Positions 26,509 through 32,000 of a stretch of DNA of 32,000 nt are shown one piece after another. Below the pieces are notes generated by a model that saw only the letters and a list, made by a program, of their open reading frames with translations, ran no database searches and was not told the DNA's origin. The stretch is from Promethearchaeum syntrophicum. GTDB lineage: Archaea; Asgardarchaeota; Lokiarchaeia; Sigyniarchaeales; Promethearchaeaceae. A program made the translations under genes and the position numbers. The stretch is taken from positions 780,001 through 812,000 of the forward strand of contig NZ_CP042905.2 of NCBI RefSeq assembly GCF_008000775.2, written 5' to 3'. The stretch's first letter is position 1. Each line of letters starts with the position of its first letter.

Positions 26509-27321
26509 ATGGAAGAATACAATAATTGGCTTATTGAAGAACAAAGTGGGATTTTTTGGGCAAAATTAAACCGCGCGGATAAAATGAATGCTTTTAATCA
26601 AGAAGTGGCCGAAGAACTGAATAAAATTATAATGTATGTTAAAAATACTCCTTCAATAAAGGTTTTCGTAATCGGTACTGCATCTGATGATTACTTTTCT
26701 GCTGGAGCAGATGTTGATTGGTTTATGAAAATTAATGGACCAGAAGCAGTTGATGTTTCCTATCAAGTGCATCAAGTTTTTGGAAATTTAGAGAGATTGT
26801 CAATTCCAGTTATAGCTGCTGTTAAAGGATTATGCCTTACTGCCGGATTAGAGTTAATTATGTGTAGTGATATGATATATGCTGCAGAAAATGCTAAATT
26901 TGGCCAAATAGAATGTAGATTTGGAATTACACCAGGTGGTGGAGGTACACAACGCCTTACTCGTTTGGTTGGACCATTGAAAGCAAAAGAACTAATCTAT
27001 TTAGGAAGAATTATAAGCTCACAAGAGGCAGCAAAAATTGGATTAGTTAACGCTGTGTTTGAATTAGAAGATTTTGATACGAAAATTAATAAAATCTGTC
27101 GAAAAATCATTTTAAATTCCTCAGAAGCTATTCGGGAATGTAAATTTATGATACAACAAGCAACTTATATCAACGATACTGGTTTTCAGAGAGAAGAAAT
27201 TGTCTTTGGAAAACGATTTGCTTCAGGCGAACCAAATGAACGTCTATCATTTATGAAAGCTCAACAAAAAAGAGAGAAAAGAAAAGAAGAGCGTTTAAAG
27301 AAGAAAAAACAAGAAAATTAA
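26509..27321 (+). CDS. Enoyl-CoA hydratase/isomerase family protein
   Basis: 'NRADKMNAFNQEVAEELN', 'SAGADVDWFM', 'IPVIAAVKGLCLTAGLELIMCSDMIYAAENAKFGQIECRFGITPGGGGTQRLTRLVG'. Confidence 0.93.
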   Translation: MEEYNNWLIEEQSGIFWAKLNRADKMNAFNQEVAEELNKIIMYVKNTPSIKVFVIGTASDDYFSAGADVDWFMKINGPEAVDVSYQVHQVFGNLERLSIPVIAAVKGLCLTAGLELIMCSDMIYAAENAKFGQIECRFGITPGGGGTQRLTRLVGPLKAKELIYLGRIISSQEAAKIGLVNAVFELEDFDTKINKICRKIILNSSEAIRECKFMIQQATYINDTGFQREEIVFGKRFASGEPNERLSFMKAQQKREKRKEERLKKKKQEN

Positions 27322-27438
27322 ATTTAAAAATCAAAAAATTTAGTTAAAACTACAAAGAACTCTTTTAAGAAAACCTACGCTTATTTTCTTAGAATATAGA
27401 TTTTTTCAAAATATATATAAAAATTTGGTGAATTATAA

Positions 27439-28695
27439 ATGGAATACTTCAAAGGTGTTGAAATTCTCGATGAAAAAATTAAACCAAAAGTTTCAACAGA
27501 GAATATTTACAAAATCTTCAATGAATTCATCTATCCTTTAATTAGTAAGGAAGAACAAACGTTTTTAAAAGAAGTTGAAGAATTTTTACTGAAAGAAATC
27601 GAACCCAAAATCGACTATGCAAAAGATGTTTATGATCTATTTCCCATTCTTGGAAAGAAAAATTATATGCAGCGTTTGAATCCTTATGGTGATTCAAAGC
27701 ATTTTGGAATGCGATATGAACTCTTGTTAGCTATGGCTGTTTCAATAATGGATCCTGAACTTGATTTGGCACGAGTTGTTTCAGGTTTAATTTTTACGAA
27801 TCCAATATTCCAACATGGAAAAAATGCGCGTATGCAAGAGATATTGGCAGATGTATTATCTGGGAATAAAATTGGATGTATCTGCATTACTGAAACTACC
27901 CAAGGTTCCGATGCCGTAAATATGAAAACAACCGTCAAAGAAGATTCCGATTATATTTCGGTATCTGGAGAAAAAATATTTACAACTAACGGACCTAAAG
28001 CGGATTATTTTATTGTTTATGCTGTATCCGATATTGCTGATCCACGTAAAACTATGTTTCAAGCAATTGCTGAACGAAAATTTGGAGGTTTGGAGACCCA
28101 TAGATTAAACATTAATGCAGTACCACGAGTTCATATTGGCCAAACCCTTTTTAATTCGGTTAAAATTCCTAAGGAAAATATAATTGGAGGGGCGGGTCAA
28201 GGTTATTCAAATCTGTTCTCTGGTTTAGTGGCTGAGAGAGGAGATATTGTAGGATCAAGCTTGGGAGTAAGTTGGTTATCACTTATTACTGCTTTTATTT
28301 ATACAAATTTCCGTGAACAATTCAAAAAACCAATTTATTCATTTGAAGGAGTCGCATTTCCTATGAGTGATTTATTCTCAGAATTAATGGCTGCTACTAC
28401 ATTAGGGCTTCATATGGGCTCAGAATATAAGAAATTAGTAGAGAAACCCGAGTATAAATTCATTAGATACAATGCGGCTCTAAGTTCAGGTGTAAAAACT
28501 GTAGTTTCGCGTTTATCTCATAAAATTGCTTATGAAGCTCAGCATTTATGTGGCGGTGTTGCTTATACCGATAATCTTCGAATGGATCGTACATTAGAAG
28601 TTAGCCGAATTCAGGAAGTTATTGGTGGATCCCGGAATATTCAAAGCTTTTTGGTAAGTCGTGTAATTAAAGATATTTTAAAGAAATTAGATTGA
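27439..28695 (+). CDS. Acyl-CoA dehydrogenase
   Basis: 'GCICITETTQGSDAVNMKTTVKEDSDYISVSGEKIFTTNGPKADYFIV', C-terminal 'HLCGGVAYTDNLRMDRTLEVSRIQEVIGGSRNIQSFLVSRVI'. Confidence 0.9.
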   Translation: MEYFKGVEILDEKIKPKVSTENIYKIFNEFIYPLISKEEQTFLKEVEEFLLKEIEPKIDYAKDVYDLFPILGKKNYMQRLNPYGDSKHFGMRYELLLAMAVSIMDPELDLARVVSGLIFTNPIFQHGKNARMQEILADVLSGNKIGCICITETTQGSDAVNMKTTVKEDSDYISVSGEKIFTTNGPKADYFIVYAVSDIADPRKTMFQAIAERKFGGLETHRLNINAVPRVHIGQTLFNSVKIPKENIIGGAGQGYSNLFSGLVAERGDIVGSSLGVSWLSLITAFIYTNFREQFKKPIYSFEGVAFPMSDLFSELMAATTLGLHMGSEYKKLVEKPEYKFIRYNAALSSGVKTVVSRLSHKIAYEAQHLCGGVAYTDNLRMDRTLEVSRIQEVIGGSRNIQSFLVSRVIKDILKKLD

Positions 28696-28814
28696 ATTTT
28701 TTTTTTAGTTTTTTATATTTTTTGGTAGAGGGGGATTTTGAGTCCACATTTTAAGACATTTCTGATCTAAATGCAATAAGAGATTATTTATAGATTAAGC
28801 ACAAATTATCATTC

Positions 28815-30215
28815 ATGGCGGATTTAACAAAAAAAATTACACGTCGTACAAAATTGGCTTTTGCCACGGGTGAAATTGGCGATAATCTTGCATATCAATC
28901 ATTTTCTTTTTTGGTATTTACCTTCTATTTCACTTATGTGAAATTAGATGTTGGATGGATCACCGGAGGATTTATAATTTGGAGCTTGTGGAATTCATTT
29001 AATGATCCAATATTAGGTTGGTTGTCAGACAGAACGAAAAGTAAACTCGGTCGTCGTATTCCTTGGATGATTGCTGGAACGATACCTCTTGCTTTAGTCA
29101 TGGTTTTTATGTTTACTCCACCGCTTTTAAGCGATGATGTAGTAAAATTTATTTATTTTCTCCTGATGTTAGTTGTGTTCGATTTTGCTTATACCAGTTT
29201 CAATGTTAATTATAATTCAATGTTTTCAGAAATGTTCATATCAATGGAAGAACGTAGTAAGGTGGGCCAATTACGTATTGTTTTTGCCATTGCTGGAGTG
29301 GCTATTGGCTTTGTTGCCCCGACCTTCATAATAACTGATCTCACAAATCAATTTGAATACGATAATACTCAAAATCAATTCATTCTTAATGGAATAATCG
29401 CAGGAATCATAATATGTATTATGTATTTTATAACCATCAAATGGGGAACTAGAAAACCTGCAGAGTTCTCAAATGATGCCATAAATGCGCCATCTTTCAA
29501 AGAGTCTTTGAAGTATACTCTTGGCAATAAAGCTTTTTTAATCTATTTAATACCCGCATTAGGAACATGGATTGTGATCGGTATCCTACCAGCAGTAATT
29601 CCTCTATGGGCAACCCATGTGCTAGGGGTCACAGAAGAAAACTCAATTTTAACCGGAGTATTACTTCTAATAACATTTCTGGTAAGTGGTTTTAGTACAC
29701 CTATTTGGGTCAAAATCCGCCAAAAATGGGGAGCTCGGATGGCTGGCCTTGCTGGAGTTGGTACATGGGCAATTACCGTCTTAAGCTTTTATTTTGCATT
29801 TGATTTTCCCACTGCTGTAATTACTATGATTTTAAATGGTCTTGGATTGGGTGGTTCTCTTTATTTTTATGATCAGTGTTTAGCTGAAATTATTGATGAA
29901 GATGAGCTTAAGCAAGGTGTTCGTAGAAGTGGCGGTTATTATGGAATGATAAATTTTGTAATCCGTTTAAGCGGTATTATTAATTTCTTAATGATTGGGA
30001 TTGTATTTACTGGTTCTGAATGGGAAACTTACACCCCAAACCCTTCGATTGACACATTAACCGGAATTCGGTTTCTTTTAAGTTGGTTCCCGTTTATTGT
30101 ATTAATTCTTAGTTTTATTGGGCTTTGGTTTTATCCAATTAAGGGAGAACGATTAAAAGAAAATCGAAAACGTTTAACCGAATTGCACACCAAAAAAAGA
30201 GAAGAAAAAATCTAA
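28815..30215 (+). CDS. GPH-family (MelB-like) sugar:cation symporter, MFS superfamily
   Basis: 'LAFATGEIGDNLAYQSFSFLVFTFYFTYV', 'WSLWNSFNDPILGWLSDRTKSKLGRRIPWMIAG', about 12 TM segments. Confidence 0.92.
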   Translation: MADLTKKITRRTKLAFATGEIGDNLAYQSFSFLVFTFYFTYVKLDVGWITGGFIIWSLWNSFNDPILGWLSDRTKSKLGRRIPWMIAGTIPLALVMVFMFTPPLLSDDVVKFIYFLLMLVVFDFAYTSFNVNYNSMFSEMFISMEERSKVGQLRIVFAIAGVAIGFVAPTFIITDLTNQFEYDNTQNQFILNGIIAGIIICIMYFITIKWGTRKPAEFSNDAINAPSFKESLKYTLGNKAFLIYLIPALGTWIVIGILPAVIPLWATHVLGVTEENSILTGVLLLITFLVSGFSTPIWVKIRQKWGARMAGLAGVGTWAITVLSFYFAFDFPTAVITMILNGLGLGGSLYFYDQCLAEIIDEDELKQGVRRSGGYYGMINFVIRLSGIINFLMIGIVFTGSEWETYTPNPSIDTLTGIRFLLSWFPFIVLILSFIGLWFYPIKGERLKENRKRLTELHTKKREEKI

Positions 30216-30949
30216 GGATTTTGTTTTACTGGAAGACCTTTTTTTGCATTTATAACCCATTCGGTAATAATCAAAGCTAATAACGGCAAACCAAATAAGA
30301 CCCAGTGAGGATTTCCTAGATTAATTGTAGATTCCCCCCAAAGTAAAGGTTTTTCACTCGGTGAATGAGAAATGATCCCATTACTCACGTTTACATCATA
30401 ATTATCGCTTCTAATCCATTGACTATTACCTAATATAAAACGATAATCTCCATCAGGTAAATAAGGATTTGATTCAGGAACGCTACCATTAAAATTTAAT
30501 AATCCTCCCGTCAATTGAAAATGATGAATTCCAGGAGAAATTTTAGATGAAGTATAAAACATTATACCCACATCAATTTCAAAGATCCCATAACTCATTA
30601 AGAAAAAAGTAATATTTCCGGATTGTATGATCGAATACGGAAAACAAAACGAACCAATATTTGTTGGATATTGAATGCGGAAAGGTCCTGGATTCCAAAT
30701 TTCGAAATCAATTGTAAAATCAACGGAAGTTTCATTAGAATCTATAAAATCTTCCCAATTTGTTTTATTAGTAAATTCAATAGATTCAATCCAAGCAGAG
30801 AGATGATTATCATCATCCAGATCTAAGAAATTAAAATGACCACTATAATTAGAAACCAGTGATACAATAATGAATAATATTAGTAAGGTTAAATCAATTA
30901 TACGGAAATTTTTTCGTCTTAATATAAGTAGTTTCATAAGAAAATTCAC
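30212..30949 (-). CDS. Hypothetical extracytoplasmic protein with N- and C-terminal membrane anchors
   Basis: N-terminal 'IIDLTLLILFIIVSLVS', Asn/Ser/aromatic-rich ectodomain, C-terminal 'HWVLFGLPLLALIITEWVI'. Confidence 0.65.
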   Translation of the reverse strand: MNFLMKLLILRRKNFRIIDLTLLILFIIVSLVSNYSGHFNFLDLDDDNHLSAWIESIEFTNKTNWEDFIDSNETSVDFTIDFEIWNPGPFRIQYPTNIGSFCFPYSIIQSGNITFFLMSYGIFEIDVGIMFYTSSKISPGIHHFQLTGGLLNFNGSVPESNPYLPDGDYRFILGNSQWIRSDNYDVNVSNGIISHSPSEKPLLWGESTINLGNPHWVLFGLPLLALIITEWVINAKKGLPVKQNP

Positions 30950-31082
30950 CTTATATTGAAATATATTATATTTATGTTAATCTATTATAAAAATATTAGT
31001 GAAAATCTCATTTTTGTCAATAAAGTAGACAAATTATTGACTTGAAAAAATAATTAAAAACTATTGAATTATTCATAACTTA

Positions 31083-31730
31083 ATGATAAAAGAAGAATAT
31101 CTAACAAAAGAGAACCATCTTGAAAAAATTAAAGATTGGAAAAATAAAATAAGTAAAATTCGAGGATATAAGAAAATTCATTTTGAAATAGAAAAGTCTG
31201 CTTTACTCGTATTAGATATGCAGAACGTTTTTTTATCTCCGTCTTCTCATGCTTTTATCCCATCTAGTTTAGTTCTTCTACCAATCATTAACTCACTAAT
31301 TAATCATTTTGAGAATTGCCATCGTCCGATTTTCTTTACCCGTCATATAACATGTGAGGATGAGAAAGATATAATGTTAAAATGGTGGAAATCACCAATA
31401 TCCTTAGATAATCCCGCCTCTTCATTATCTACACAATTAAATTTCGGATCTCATGAAATTCTAATTAAAAGTAAATACAGTGCTTTTATAAACACAAGTT
31501 TAGAGGAAAACTTACGAAAAAATGGGATTAAACAAGTATTAATTACTGGTGCGATGTCACATTTGTGTTGCGAATCAACCGCGCGTGAAGCTTTTATGAA
31601 AAATTTCGAAGTTTTCTATGCTATTGACGGAACAGCAACTTACACTGAATTATTACATAAGGGAACTATGTTTTCACTAACTCATGGATTTGCTGAATGC
31701 ATTACTGCTAAAGACATCATAGGTGTTTAA
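31083..31730 (+). CDS. Isochorismatase-family cysteine hydrolase
   Basis: 'ALLVLDMQNVF', 'KYSAFINTSLEENLRKNGIKQVLITGAMSHLCCESTAREAF'. Confidence 0.92.
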   Translation: MIKEEYLTKENHLEKIKDWKNKISKIRGYKKIHFEIEKSALLVLDMQNVFLSPSSHAFIPSSLVLLPIINSLINHFENCHRPIFFTRHITCEDEKDIMLKWWKSPISLDNPASSLSTQLNFGSHEILIKSKYSAFINTSLEENLRKNGIKQVLITGAMSHLCCESTAREAFMKNFEVFYAIDGTATYTELLHKGTMFSLTHGFAECITAKDIIGV

Positions 31731-31731
31731 A

Positions 31732-32000
31732 TTGTCAAATTTAAACAAAAATTTTTCTCCTGTTATTATTGTCGGCTGTGGTCCAGCCGGAATTGCAAGT
31801 GCAATTCAATTGAAAAGATCAAATATAGATTTTAAAATAATTTGTAGAAGATTTGGAGGAAATGCTAATAATGCAAATAAAATTGAGAATCTGTTGGGAT
31901 TTCCAGAGGGAATCTCTGGAAAAAACTTCGTAGTTTTATTGAAAAAACATTTTGAGACTTTATTAATCCATTTTACACAAGATATCATACAAAGTATCAG
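31732..32000 (+). CDS. FAD/NAD(P)-dependent oxidoreductase (thioredoxin-reductase-like), N-terminal part, runs off the window
   Basis: The TTG at 31732, just after the isochorismatase stop, gives 'MSNLNKNFSPVIIVGCGPAGIASAIQLKRSNIDFKIICRRFGGNANNANKIENLLGFPEGISG', a GxGxxG dinucleotide-binding motif plus a TrxR-like 'N..G.P..I.G' segment. The ORF track lists only an antisense ORF here. Confidence 0.85.
   Translation, partial: MSNLNKNFSPVIIVGCGPAGIASAIQLKRSNIDFKIICRRFGGNANNANKIENLLGFPEGISGKNFVVLLKKHFETLLIHFTQDIIQSI

Noticed and set aside
23591-28101. Minus-strand ORFs 23591-23890, 26013-26222, 27684-27938 and 27856-28101
   Set aside because: All are antisense to well-supported coding genes (OsmC, ubiquitin-like, acyl-CoA dehydrogenase).
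31806-31988. Minus-strand 60-aa ORF at the right edge
   Set aside because: Antisense to a clear FAD-dependent oxidoreductase N-terminus (VIIVGCGPAG) starting at TTG 31732.

Overview
AT-rich archaeal window, probably Asgard (inference: NOP2/NIP7-like pair, TYW2/Taw2, an IFT52/GIFT-like protein and TATA-type promoters; not proven by any marker here). It is mostly densely packed chromosomal genes. These include a nickel-pincer LarC with a NikR-like neighbour, rRNA/tRNA modification genes, an ABC exporter, a tRNA-Gln, CYTH and HD enzymes, and a co-oriented run of a solo type-ISP-like DNA methyltransferase plus three acetyltransferases. Further along are DUF362, FKBP, HAD, OsmC, NadB, beta-oxidation enzymes, a GPH transporter and an isochorismatase. 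No rRNA, CRISPR array, integrase or transposase was recognised. Best leads: (1) a MoaD/ThiS/ubiquitin-like small protein ending in AGC instead of GG (25853-26212); (2) a protein resembling eukaryotic IFT52 in its GIFT domain (20643-22022); (3) the solo methyltransferase + duplicated Eis-like GNAT + GNAT cassette (10562-16251); (4) a NikR-like regulator that has lost all four canonical Ni ligands, beside LarC; (5) an FKBP with a histone-H1-like KKxT tail and a His-rich C-terminus; (6) a HAD gene whose catalytic motif lies upstream of every canonical start codon; (7) a tRNA-Gln with C33 instead of U33. All family calls are by eye from motifs; no database search was run.
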